A DNA stretch of 64,000 bases from Patescibacteria group bacterium (GTDB lineage: Bacteria; Patescibacteriota; Patescibacteriia; PEXW01), in assembly GCA_041665345.1 (NCBI GenBank), contig JBAYJA010000001.1:602522-666521 (forward strand), read 5' to 3'. Of the stretch, positions 18,166-27,182 are shown one piece after another. Each line of letters opens with the position of its first letter. Position 1 is the stretch's first letter. Below the pieces are notes generated by a model. That model did not search any database and was not told the DNA's origin. It was given only the letters and a program-made list of their open reading frames with translations. The translations under genes and the position numbers were made by a program.

Positions 18166-20127
18166 TTACGCGGCTGCTTTAAATTTTTCCCCACTCACGT
18201 CACCAGTCTTTTTCTTGCGGAGGCGGAACGCAAACCGAGAATCTGGACTAAACTGGTCGTCATCCGCAACCCACTCCCCGTCCAATGACAGTCCGTCCTC
18301 GCTTCGTCCGAGAGAAAAAATGTCCGGATAGCTCCTCCTCCCAATAATTTGCTTCATGCCAGTATATAATGACTCGTTCATTGGCTGGTTGGCGTATTTC
18401 AGTCGGTACTGTGGCCCCACATTCGCAGCACACGGTTCCAAACCCAACTCCTGGGCACGTTTGAGGATTTCCTTGATCGTGGTGTATCTCTGGAAACCCA
18501 AGCTTTGCACGGTAGGGCAAATTAGGTGAGCTGCTTCAGATTTTTCCATCACTGAAAAATCTGAACCCCATAGCATAGCTTTTGCGTGATCACTTATTAT
18601 GACGCCTTGTTCCTCAAGCTGGCGGAGAAGTTCTTCTTTTGTTGTGCCGCCAATCTCTATAGTATCTTGTCTGATACGTCCTTCGGGGAAGGATGTGTAG
18701 ATGTGTGCCATGCCTTCGGGCAGCATCTGGAAGATACCAGGAACGAGTTTGCCCACGTAGGCCTTTGTATCTTCGGTAATATCCCCGGCGTCTCGGGCGA
18801 TTTGGTCTGGGCTACACTCGAACACCACAGGCATATCTGCTTCAGGGTTGCGAGTTTTAAGGAGTTCAGCAATCCGCGGGTCGCGATCATAGCCGAAACC
18901 CTCAATTTCGCTATCCAGTTCGTAGAGGAAACAGAGTTGTTCCTTCGTGAGGGCTTCTCCTGCCTTCGTGGCGTGCTCAATGGCCGTGAGTATCTTCATG
19001 TCCGCAGACTTCTTCTTGTACCCTTCTGCGCCGGGGAGGCTAGCCATTTTCTGCTCGGCGATGTCTGCCATGTTGCCTTCCAGGTTCTGCTGGTTATCTG
19101 CCACCCCACGGACTTCACCAATGTGGTCACCATCCATGCGGATGGCAATGCGGGGAATAGTGGGTTTGCCTTGGCTGTCGAGAGTGTAGTACACGTGGAA
19201 GTCGCCACCTTCGAGCTGCTTCTGGGCTGTGGCAAAGCCTTTGGTGCACCAAGCTGTGCCTTTGTTCTGCAGGGAGGCCCAGAGCGCGGTGGGGTCAGTG
19301 CCCTTTTGGTACGTCACCCACTTGCCTTGGGTTTCCTCACGCATCTCTGGGGTAATTTCCCCGGCCTGGCGGATACCCTCGGCGTACTGCTTGGCAAAGG
19401 AGAGTTTCGCAAAGGCGGCGGCTTTCTCCTTAGTGAGGAGCTCACCTGCTGGGAGGTTGTTATTCGCGGCGGCGCGCTGGGCATCCTGGAGGCGCACCAG
19501 CATGCCTGGGTCTTTCGCGGCCTCAATCATCTGCTGTACGTGCGCCAAGGCTCCGTGGTCCACATCGGGGAACAGGCGGGTGGTACCGGGGGAACGCTTC
19601 GTGAACTCGCCTTTGTCCTTGTCAAAGTCCCCCATCTCCAGCACGTTGCGAAAGGCGTAGTACCGGAACCAAGTGGGGTAGGGTTCGTTGGCGTCAGAGA
19701 GGTACAGCAGCCAGTTGTCCAGGGACTTTTCCAGGTCGACGACGGCAATGTCGCCACGCTGGTCCAACGCTTCTTCGTTATACCGTACATCCATTCCCAG
19801 GTTGCGGGCTGCACGCTCTTCTACCCGCGCGGCACCTTCGGCTAGCTTGTCTTTGTTGGTACGGACGTACTTCTCCATGACCATCTCCCGCAGCAAGGAG
19901 AGAGCACGGGGTCGGGATTTCCCAGCCACCATTTTCTTACCTTGGGTCTTCTCCGAGTCCATGGCCAGCCGTTCCAGACGGCCAAGGTAGTTCTGGATTT
20001 TTGCTGCTGGATCCTGCGGGACTTTTTCACCCGTCCGTCCCTCCGTATGCACAGCAGCACGTTCCACCTCATCACTGGTGTGGAGGTTATACTTTTCTTT
20101 TAGAAATTCAGGATTTTCGCCACGCAT
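18166..20127 (-). CDS. Conserved hypothetical protein with C-terminal DGR-target-like (CLec-like) domain
   Basis: 653-aa ORF with AGGAG SD; core motifs GTAWCT, PRIAIRM, EVRG, QNLE; C-terminus PDIFSLGRSEDGLSL...FAFRLRK. Confidence 0.7.
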   Translation of the reverse strand: MRGENPEFLKEKYNLHTSDEVERAAVHTEGRTGEKVPQDPAAKIQNYLGRLERLAMDSEKTQGKKMVAGKSRPRALSLLREMVMEKYVRTNKDKLAEGAARVEERAARNLGMDVRYNEEALDQRGDIAVVDLEKSLDNWLLYLSDANEPYPTWFRYYAFRNVLEMGDFDKDKGEFTKRSPGTTRLFPDVDHGALAHVQQMIEAAKDPGMLVRLQDAQRAAANNNLPAGELLTKEKAAAFAKLSFAKQYAEGIRQAGEITPEMREETQGKWVTYQKGTDPTALWASLQNKGTAWCTKGFATAQKQLEGGDFHVYYTLDSQGKPTIPRIAIRMDGDHIGEVRGVADNQQNLEGNMADIAEQKMASLPGAEGYKKKSADMKILTAIEHATKAGEALTKEQLCFLYELDSEIEGFGYDRDPRIAELLKTRNPEADMPVVFECSPDQIARDAGDITEDTKAYVGKLVPGIFQMLPEGMAHIYTSFPEGRIRQDTIEIGGTTKEELLRQLEEQGVIISDHAKAMLWGSDFSVMEKSEAAHLICPTVQSLGFQRYTTIKEILKRAQELGLEPCAANVGPQYRLKYANQPMNESLYTGMKQIIGRRSYPDIFSLGRSEDGLSLDGEWVADDDQFSPDSRFAFRLRKKKTGDVSGEKFKAAA

Positions 20128-20136
20128 ATACTACTC

Positions 20137-22524
20137 CTACTCTATCCCCTTTTTCTTGAAAAACCAAAAGTTGTTCTCGTGGTTCACTAGCTCAAAACGT
20201 TCATCCTTTTGCAAGTCTTCAAACTGTACGTGGTTTCGCTGCCACTCTAAAGAACCTTCTTTTGCCAGGAGGACGAGAATGTAATCTGCCAACTCAATCC
20301 CCTGGGGGAATTGGTACAGGTGTTCCCGCTCAGCCAGTTGCGCGCCAACGGTGTTGGTTGCAGAGACTGGTGCATTTTCTGGGATCTGGTCAATTGCCGC
20401 GTGGATAACTGGCGCCATGGGTGCGCGCCAGTATGCCCGCATATCTGCATGCTGTGCATACGGTAGTGGGCTGAGCCGGTATGACTCCACTGCCCCTATA
20501 ACGAGCAAGAAGAGGGCCAAGAAACCAAAAAGAGATAGTCTCATCCAAGACTTTACCCGCCGATCCCACCAGGCTCCAAAACGACGCTGGAGTGCTGCGA
20601 TGCCAAAGATGGTACTAATGAAGACAAAACCGCCAATCGCCGCCTGATAGTGATAGATGAGGGTTCGTGGCTCGATCCGTTCATTGAAAAGGTTCACCAC
20701 AAAATCTGGCCAGGCAACAGCCAGCCAGAGCGGACTGGCGATGGAAAGAAAGCCAACTGGCCCCATGACCCCAGCGTACATATGCCGTGCCTGCTTCCCC
20801 GCCACCATGGAGACAATCAACCGCGGATTGGTCGTTGCAGTTTTCAGAATTTCCGAAGGTGACGAACCTAGGGTATCGTACAAAACTGTGTACTTATTAG
20901 GCACACCATGCCGTGCAGCAGGCATGATGAGGAAGTACACCAAGCAGAAGTACGCAACAGCCAAGCCAATAACCGTAAGTGCTCGTTTCCAGGCAATACG
21001 ATCTCGGAAGTACATGAGCACCCCCACCCCGGCCACCATCAGTGCCAGCTCCTCTTTGCATAATGCGAAGAGGATGGCGAAAATAGCAAACCGCCACCAA
21101 CGCTTTTCCACCATAGCCAGGATCATGCCAATGGCAAAGGTTGGCGCTAAGGTTAAACCATGAAAGTCAAAGAGCACGGCACGTTGCAGGGTTGGGTAGA
21201 ACAGGTAGCTGAGCGCTAGGACCGCGGCTAGCCACTCGTGCCCCAGGACTTTTCTGGCCAACCGGAACACGAACCACCCACCCAAGGCCACAATGCAAGC
21301 CTGCAAGACGAGTAGCAACATGGGGCTGGCAAAAATCCAGTACAGCGGGGCGATGAGAATGAGAATGAAGTCCGCGTGGTGAATTGCTCGGTAGACTGTT
21401 TCCGTGCTGTAGGGGTTGGTAAATTGGAATATCCTACCCTGGCTGGTGTTCCATACGGTCTGGTCCATATTCCCCAGGTCAAACCGGGAAGTTATGACTT
21501 TGGACTGCATGACCAGGGTGATGATGGAAAAGTAAACTGCAAAACCGATAATGAAAACAACAACGATCCCGGCTGGGGTGCGGATTTTTTGCCAGAGCCA
21601 TACTAATCCTTGCCTGATGTACGACCAGGCAAAGATGCCAACGCATACAAACTCTGCAATCGTTGCGCCCAAACGGACAAGTGTGGCGGCAATAACGCTG
21701 CTAGGTCCCAAGCTGACGCTCAAGAGGCCAGCGAGCACGGCCTCTCGCACGCCAATGCCGCTGGGGGTGAGGAAGCTCAGGTACCCCAATGCCCAGCTCA
21801 GAGGCAGTGCGGCCAGCGCCAACACAATGGATACAGCCGCTTCAGTTTGAAAAGCTCGGAGCAGCAAATACCCACCAACGCTGTACGACGTCCATGCGAG
21901 GAGCTCCCACACGAAAATAGTACAGAAAACTTGCCCGCCAATTGGCGCTGCAACGAATTGCTTCCCCATGCGCTGCATACCCCAAGCCAAGAACCGGTGG
22001 ACAAGCTTGGTTGCAAAGACTGCAACCACCGCGCCAGCCGCACCAAGACCGCCAGCATACCGAACCCATGATGGAAGATCTGAAGTGAAAAGCGCAAACG
22101 CACCACCTAACGTTGCCGCTGCAGCCAGCATGCCCGCGACTTCAATAATCGTTGCGTACAACCCGGTGCCAGACGCCATCCCAAACTTTGCACTCTGCGC
22201 CATGCGGCCAAGCACGCTCCATACATTCCCCGGAATGTACCGCACTGCATCAGAGAGCATGATAACCTGTCCGGCTTCCCGGTACGACAGACGCGTACCC
22301 AAGGCTTTACTCAGGTGCTGCCAGGCAAAAATGCGGAAAAAGGAAAAGCCACTAAAACCAAGTAAGCCCAGCACCAGCCAGCGGACGTCCGGTGCGTGCC
22401 ACGCCTGCGCAACCGTGCCCCAGCTCTGTTGCAGAGCGCGTGCGAAGAAAAGAACGACAAGCAGGACAACCACGGTTGCCAGCACCCGGCGTATGGGCTT
22501 TTGCAGATTAGACCAGCTCACCAT
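20137..22524 (-). CDS. Fusion: lysylphosphatidylglycerol-synthase-TM (flippase-like) domain + DUF2079/GT-C-like domain
   Basis: N-half RYIPGNVW and TPSGIGVRE; C-half FDLGNMDQTVWNT, DFH, CKEE, YHY; start at MVSWS overlaps the upstream gene. Confidence 0.8.
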   Translation of the reverse strand: MVSWSNLQKPIRRVLATVVVLLVVLFFARALQQSWGTVAQAWHAPDVRWLVLGLLGFSGFSFFRIFAWQHLSKALGTRLSYREAGQVIMLSDAVRYIPGNVWSVLGRMAQSAKFGMASGTGLYATIIEVAGMLAAAATLGGAFALFTSDLPSWVRYAGGLGAAGAVVAVFATKLVHRFLAWGMQRMGKQFVAAPIGGQVFCTIFVWELLAWTSYSVGGYLLLRAFQTEAAVSIVLALAALPLSWALGYLSFLTPSGIGVREAVLAGLLSVSLGPSSVIAATLVRLGATIAEFVCVGIFAWSYIRQGLVWLWQKIRTPAGIVVVFIIGFAVYFSIITLVMQSKVITSRFDLGNMDQTVWNTSQGRIFQFTNPYSTETVYRAIHHADFILILIAPLYWIFASPMLLLVLQACIVALGGWFVFRLARKVLGHEWLAAVLALSYLFYPTLQRAVLFDFHGLTLAPTFAIGMILAMVEKRWWRFAIFAILFALCKEELALMVAGVGVLMYFRDRIAWKRALTVIGLAVAYFCLVYFLIMPAARHGVPNKYTVLYDTLGSSPSEILKTATTNPRLIVSMVAGKQARHMYAGVMGPVGFLSIASPLWLAVAWPDFVVNLFNERIEPRTLIYHYQAAIGGFVFISTIFGIAALQRRFGAWWDRRVKSWMRLSLFGFLALFLLVIGAVESYRLSPLPYAQHADMRAYWRAPMAPVIHAAIDQIPENAPVSATNTVGAQLAEREHLYQFPQGIELADYILVLLAKEGSLEWQRNHVQFEDLQKDERFELVNHENNFWFFKKKGIE

Positions 22525-23458
22525 GCCCATTCCATTCATCTCGCACAGGGACAGAATCACGATCTACGGACCGGACGAGCAATTCTGCAAGGAGACCGGT
22601 AAAAATGAGCTGCAGACCAACGAGCGCAAAGAATATGCCAAAGGTGAGGAGTGGCCGGGTGCCAATTGCTGCGCCGGTGAAGAGTTTGACGCAGACGAGG
22701 TAGAGTAGAATGACACTACCCAGGAATGTCATGCTGGCGCCAATGCCACCAAAGAGGTGCAGCGGCCGCCGATTGTACTTGGTGAGAAAAAGTACAGTGA
22801 GCAAATCCAAGAAACCTCGAAGGTACCGTGCGCCGCGGTACTTCGTTTCGCCGTACTTTCGGACCCGCGTGTGCGTTGGCACTTCCACCACGGAAAAACC
22901 TTGGGTGTGCGCCAAGATAGGAATGTACCGATGCAGCTCGCCGTAGAGTACCAAACTCTGCGCAGCAGTTCGGGTGTAGGCCTTAATGGCAGAATTGAAG
23001 TCATGTAACTGCAAGCCAGACACTTTTCGGGTAATCGCATTAAAAAACTTGGACGGAAGTCGCTTCTCCAGACTGTCCGGCCGGTCAAACTTCCAACCAT
23101 TCACCACATCCGCCCCGTCTGCAATTTTCTCTAAGAGCTTGGGGATCTCTGCTGGGTCATTTTGCAAATCAGCATCCAGGGTCACAATCACCTCACCCCG
23201 AGCCTTTTGGAAACCAACGTAGAGTGCTGCAGCTTTCCCCATGTTCCGCCGGAGGATAATGGGATGTAATCGAGTGTCCGTCAGCGCTTGCGCACGGAGG
23301 AACGCTTGGCTGCGATCAGTCGAGCCGTCGTCCACCACAACAATTTCGTACGGGATGGCCAAAGTTTTGGCAAAGGCATGGAGTTCAGCAAAAAGCTCAG
23401 GCAAGCTCTGGCGCTCGTTGAATGCTGGGGTAACGAAAGAAATCGACCGGGGTGTCAT
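22508..23458 (-). CDS. GT2 glycosyltransferase, polyprenol-phosphate sugar synthase (ArnC/GtrB-like)
   Basis: PAFNE, VDDGSTD, DADLQNDP, YGELHRYIP, two C-terminal TM helices. Confidence 0.93.
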   Translation of the reverse strand: MTPRSISFVTPAFNERQSLPELFAELHAFAKTLAIPYEIVVVDDGSTDRSQAFLRAQALTDTRLHPIILRRNMGKAAALYVGFQKARGEVIVTLDADLQNDPAEIPKLLEKIADGADVVNGWKFDRPDSLEKRLPSKFFNAITRKVSGLQLHDFNSAIKAYTRTAAQSLVLYGELHRYIPILAHTQGFSVVEVPTHTRVRKYGETKYRGARYLRGFLDLLTVLFLTKYNRRPLHLFGGIGASMTFLGSVILLYLVCVKLFTGAAIGTRPLLTFGIFFALVGLQLIFTGLLAELLVRSVDRDSVPVRDEWNGHGELV

Positions 23459-23540
23459 ACCCCTGTATGCTAGCAAGCCCTGGAAGGATTTGGCAAACCC
23501 GATACCACAAGAGAAAGTAAGGAAATTTCACTATTCATAC

Positions 23541-23642
23541 AAAAGGAAAAGAGGGCATCGTTATCGACCGAAGTCGAATGTGCGTGCCCTCATGTTTGGG
23601 TCACTTGACCCTAAAGATAGATGTATTTGAAAACAGAATACG
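23541..23642 (-). ncRNA. Candidate small RNA or attenuated leader
   Basis: Bounded by a near-consensus promoter and a GAGGGCA/TGCCCTC hairpin capped by C(UUCG)G with a U-rich tail; additional GGGTC/GACCC hairpin; family not recognised. Confidence 0.5.
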
Positions 23643-23648
23643 AAATAA

Positions 23649-23676
23649 AGTATACAGTAATGAAAGTTTTTGTCAA
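23649..23676 (-). promoter_or_regulatory. Sigma70 promoter
   Basis: Minus strand TTGACA, 16 bp, TATACT, in an AT-rich intergenic region. Confidence 0.65.
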
Positions 23677-23742
23677 ATGGAAAGCACATTTTTGGCTTAG
23701 CTAAGCTAAAATTCCTAAGATATATTAATACCTTAACCACTG

Positions 23743-25623
23743 CTACTTGAACCGCACGACCTGACCAAAAGCAATGGGTTGTTCAGGGTCAGACTCTTTG
23801 GCGAGCTTGGGTTTTTGGGCAGGTGGAATAGGCTTTGGCTCTTCTGCTGGTGTTTGCGTAGGTTGAGATGTCGCAGCTGGTGCAATTGGCCGCTGGGAGG
23901 CCTGGGGTGCTGGAACCTGTGGCTGCAGTGGCCGGGGTTGCTGGTTGAAGCGTGGTGAAGGATTGTACGACGGTCGTCCACCAGGGCCTTGCCGGCGGGG
24001 GCCTTGGTGCTGGCCAAAACTGGAACCACCTTCCCGCCCAGGGCCGGTGGGACGAGGACCTTGTGGACGTGGGTACGGCGGTCTTTCAGAACGGGGTGCA
24101 GGTGACGCTGTACGATTTTCGCTGGGTGGTGCTGTTGGCTGGCTTGGCTGCGACTGTGGCAGCAAATCGCTGAGCTTCATTGCTGGTTGCTCAGGCGTGC
24201 TGGCGACAACTGGTTCCACCTCCACTTGGTCACGCTGGAAGAGATTATTTGGCGGCCGGCGCTTCTTGCCCTCTGCCCGGTATGGCGACTCCTCTTGCTG
24301 CACGGCAATGTTCTCCTCTTCAGCCGAAGCTCGGTACACCTCATCAACTCCGCTCCAGCGGAGAATTTTCTCTTCAACTTCTTTCTGTGGGGCGCTGTAC
24401 CGTTCCCGTGAAGCAGCAATCACCTTTGCTCGGTTGTCAGTTCGACCACCCACGGGCGGCAACGTGGTAGCGCTAAACGGTTCAGAGGCAACCCCGTCAA
24501 TCATCAACTTGAGGTAGATTTCGTACTTAGGGAGGTTCACTAAATCCACCTGGGTAAAGGTCGGGAAAAACTCTTTTTCCAAAAATTCACCATCTGCCCC
24601 ACCCACCCGGAATGCCATAATCGTACCCACGTTCCCAAAGACCGCCGGTGCAACCTTCTCATCCAACTGCTCAATGTACTGGTGGGCAATGGTGAGATTC
24701 AAACGGTACTTCCGAGCTTCGGAGAGAATGTTCGCAAAACTCTCCGTGGCAAAGTTTTGGAATTCGTCCACGTACAGGAAGAAGTCATGACGCTCTTCTT
24801 CCGGAATGTCCACCCGGCTCATGGCTGCCAGCTGCATGCGAGTAATCATCATGGCGCCCAGCAAGGCAGAGTTATCTTCACCAATGCGACCTTTGGAAAG
24901 GTTGAAGAGCAAAATTTTTCGGCTGTCCATTATTTCCCGCAAATCAATGGAACTCTTGGACTGGCCAACAATGTTGCGAATAATGGCACTGGAGAGAAAT
25001 TGCCCAACCTTGTTTTGAATTGGGGCCACTGCTTCATTCCGAAATTTGTCATTGTAATTATTAAATTCATCAACCCAAAAACCCTTGACGATTGGATCAG
25101 TGACCTTGGTGAGTACGCGGGTGCGGTAATTCCGGTCAACCAGCATCCGCGCCACCCCCAACATGGTTGAGCCAGGATACTCCAAGAGTGCGAGAATGGT
25201 GTTGTTCAAGATGTACTCCATACGCGCAGACCACACCCCTTCCCAAATCTTGGTAAACACACCCATTAAACCGGAAGCAACTAAGTGCCGCTGCGTTGCG
25301 TCCACTGCTTCCAGTACGTTGAACGCAATGGGGTACTCCATGTCAGACGGATTGAAGTACACCACATCATTCACTCGGTGGTTGGGAATGAAGTCTAAGA
25401 CTTTTTCCACCAGGTCGCCGTGCGGGTCAACCAGGGCTAAGCCATGACCAGCGTTGATATCATTAATAATCAAATTTTCCAAAACCGTGGTTTTGCCCAT
25501 ACCCGTCTTCCCAATGAGGTACATGTGGCGCCGGCGGTCATCCAGCTTTATGCCAAAACGCCGATGCCCACCCTGGTAATTGGTGGCAGCAAAAACGTTA
25601 ATTTCTGGACGCGCTTCAGGCAT
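23743..25623 (-). CDS. Type IV coupling protein-like (VirD4/TraD/HerA) ATPase with Pro/Gln-rich tail
   Basis: DDRRRHMY, Walker A GKTGMGKT, DPHGD, Walker B LYVDEFQNF, SEARKYRL, AHQY. Confidence 0.88.
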   Translation of the reverse strand: MPEARPEINVFAATNYQGGHRRFGIKLDDRRRHMYLIGKTGMGKTTVLENLIINDINAGHGLALVDPHGDLVEKVLDFIPNHRVNDVVYFNPSDMEYPIAFNVLEAVDATQRHLVASGLMGVFTKIWEGVWSARMEYILNNTILALLEYPGSTMLGVARMLVDRNYRTRVLTKVTDPIVKGFWVDEFNNYNDKFRNEAVAPIQNKVGQFLSSAIIRNIVGQSKSSIDLREIMDSRKILLFNLSKGRIGEDNSALLGAMMITRMQLAAMSRVDIPEEERHDFFLYVDEFQNFATESFANILSEARKYRLNLTIAHQYIEQLDEKVAPAVFGNVGTIMAFRVGGADGEFLEKEFFPTFTQVDLVNLPKYEIYLKLMIDGVASEPFSATTLPPVGGRTDNRAKVIAASRERYSAPQKEVEEKILRWSGVDEVYRASAEEENIAVQQEESPYRAEGKKRRPPNNLFQRDQVEVEPVVASTPEQPAMKLSDLLPQSQPSQPTAPPSENRTASPAPRSERPPYPRPQGPRPTGPGREGGSSFGQHQGPRRQGPGGRPSYNPSPRFNQQPRPLQPQVPAPQASQRPIAPAATSQPTQTPAEEPKPIPPAQKPKLAKESDPEQPIAFGQVVRFK

Positions 25624-25625
25624 AG

Positions 25626-27176
25626 TTACTCAATGAAAGGAAGATTTGTTGGAATTTGCGGTTGCGGTGGTGCAGGCTCCGTTGGCTGCGGTTGCGCTGG
25701 GGCTACAGCTGGGGGCGGGGTCAGTGGCTCTGCTGTGGGAAGTGCTGCCGGCGCTGAGGCTTTTGCGGCAACTGAAGCTGAGCGCATTTTTTGGATAATT
25801 TGTGGGGTTTCCGTTGGCAGGTAAACTGGCGCCCCGCCCCGCTTCGTCTCCGATTTCTGCACTTGCCCAGCTTTCACGTCAATGGTTGGGAAGTGGAAAA
25901 TGGATGCCATTTCTTCAACATTCATGTAGATTGCTTCGCGGCCACGCCACACCGAACGAATGCGATAGTTGTACAAATTACGCCGCTTCCGGTCTCGCAT
26001 CCGGTACTCCTTCAAAAGCACAATATCACTGGTCTTTGTGAGTTTGCTAAAGGTAAAAATGTTACTATCCGCAATTGCGTACTGCTTCAACGCACCAACG
26101 ACGCCGTTCACGCCCTTGGCTTTGTTAAAAGGTTTCCGACCATCTGGCCCGGGCGTGACTTTCCCCCAGTAAATGAAACGACCCTTGACCTTGAAAGCGA
26201 TTTTCGAAAGCTTCATTTCAATCTGGGTTACCGTATCCCGCTCACCCGGAGAGAGGTGCAGCATGAGGGAAGGCGGATCATCCTTCTTCTGCTTCTGCGT
26301 TTCCCATGACCCAGGAGGGATGAGCGAGGCGGTGAGCGCTTCCCGAACACCCTGACCCACAAGCCGTGGCACCTCCCAAGGGCTACCTTTTTCCTTCCCC
26401 TTCTTGCCAATAAGCTTGTGCACAATTTCCTGTGCTTTGTCGCGCCAGGCGTAGTCCTCTTGCTGCAAGCACCACTGAATCCAAATCTGCTCGTCAGGAC
26501 TAATACGGCTCATAATTTCCAGTAACGCACCCATAGGATCAATGAGCTTCTGCGACATGCTGTGTTCGAAGAAGGGGTAGGTCCGGATTGGGTAGGCACT
26601 GTGGCGTAAAAAGTTTATTTGTGCGGACCAGCAGTCCCACTCTTTCTGATGCTCCAGCTCTCTAGGCTTCGGCATGAAATCCACATAGTCCTCCACCTCG
26701 GTAATTTCCGCATCTGGGTACTGAGCGTAAATTGCAGACTCAATGATGTCTCGTTGAATAATAAGGCAACGGACAAAAAATTGGACGTACCCACCCAAAC
26801 TCGCAATTTCTACCGACATGTTTGGCGGCACGAAGCCGTACGAAAAAAACTCGGTGAAAGGCAAGCCCCACTTCTCTGGAAAAATTGGCTGTTTGGAAAT
26901 GCCATGGAAGTGCGCGAACATCTGCTCCGCTGCTTTTGGAGTTTGCTCGCTATTTTTGGGCACATCCACCGCCAAGAGCACGTACTTCCCCACGTAGTTC
27001 TTCATGACGTACCGGGTGGTAATCCACTCAAACCAGGCGTACTTCATGCCAACGAGAAAGGTCCAAACCACAGCGATCCAGCCACCGTTGTTGAAAATGA
27101 AAATCGCCATACTGACCGGGTTTCCGGCAGAGGCGCGAAAATCATTCAGGAGAAGCGTGGTGTCGAGGAGGGCCAT
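25626..27176 (-). CDS. Conserved hypothetical membrane-anchored partner of the coupling-type ATPase
   Basis: N-terminal TM; AAEQMFA, SVEIAS, IYAQYPDAEITEVEDY, YPIRTY, EEMASIFHFP; 2-nt gap to the ATPase gene. Confidence 0.75.
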   Translation of the reverse strand: MALLDTTLLLNDFRASAGNPVSMAIFIFNNGGWIAVVWTFLVGMKYAWFEWITTRYVMKNYVGKYVLLAVDVPKNSEQTPKAAEQMFAHFHGISKQPIFPEKWGLPFTEFFSYGFVPPNMSVEIASLGGYVQFFVRCLIIQRDIIESAIYAQYPDAEITEVEDYVDFMPKPRELEHQKEWDCWSAQINFLRHSAYPIRTYPFFEHSMSQKLIDPMGALLEIMSRISPDEQIWIQWCLQQEDYAWRDKAQEIVHKLIGKKGKEKGSPWEVPRLVGQGVREALTASLIPPGSWETQKQKKDDPPSLMLHLSPGERDTVTQIEMKLSKIAFKVKGRFIYWGKVTPGPDGRKPFNKAKGVNGVVGALKQYAIADSNIFTFSKLTKTSDIVLLKEYRMRDRKRRNLYNYRIRSVWRGREAIYMNVEEMASIFHFPTIDVKAGQVQKSETKRGGAPVYLPTETPQIIQKMRSASVAAKASAPAALPTAEPLTPPPAVAPAQPQPTEPAPPQPQIPTNLPFIE

Positions 27177-27182
27177 CGTGAA

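Noticed and set aside
18586-19845. 419-aa ORF antisense to the 653-aa gene
   Set aside because: Shadow ORF from G/C-ending codon bias; no motifs or start signals
23241-23630. 129-aa plus-strand ORF running into the intergenic region
   Set aside because: Antisense to the GT2 gene; promoter, UUCG loop and U-tract all point to minus-strand transcription
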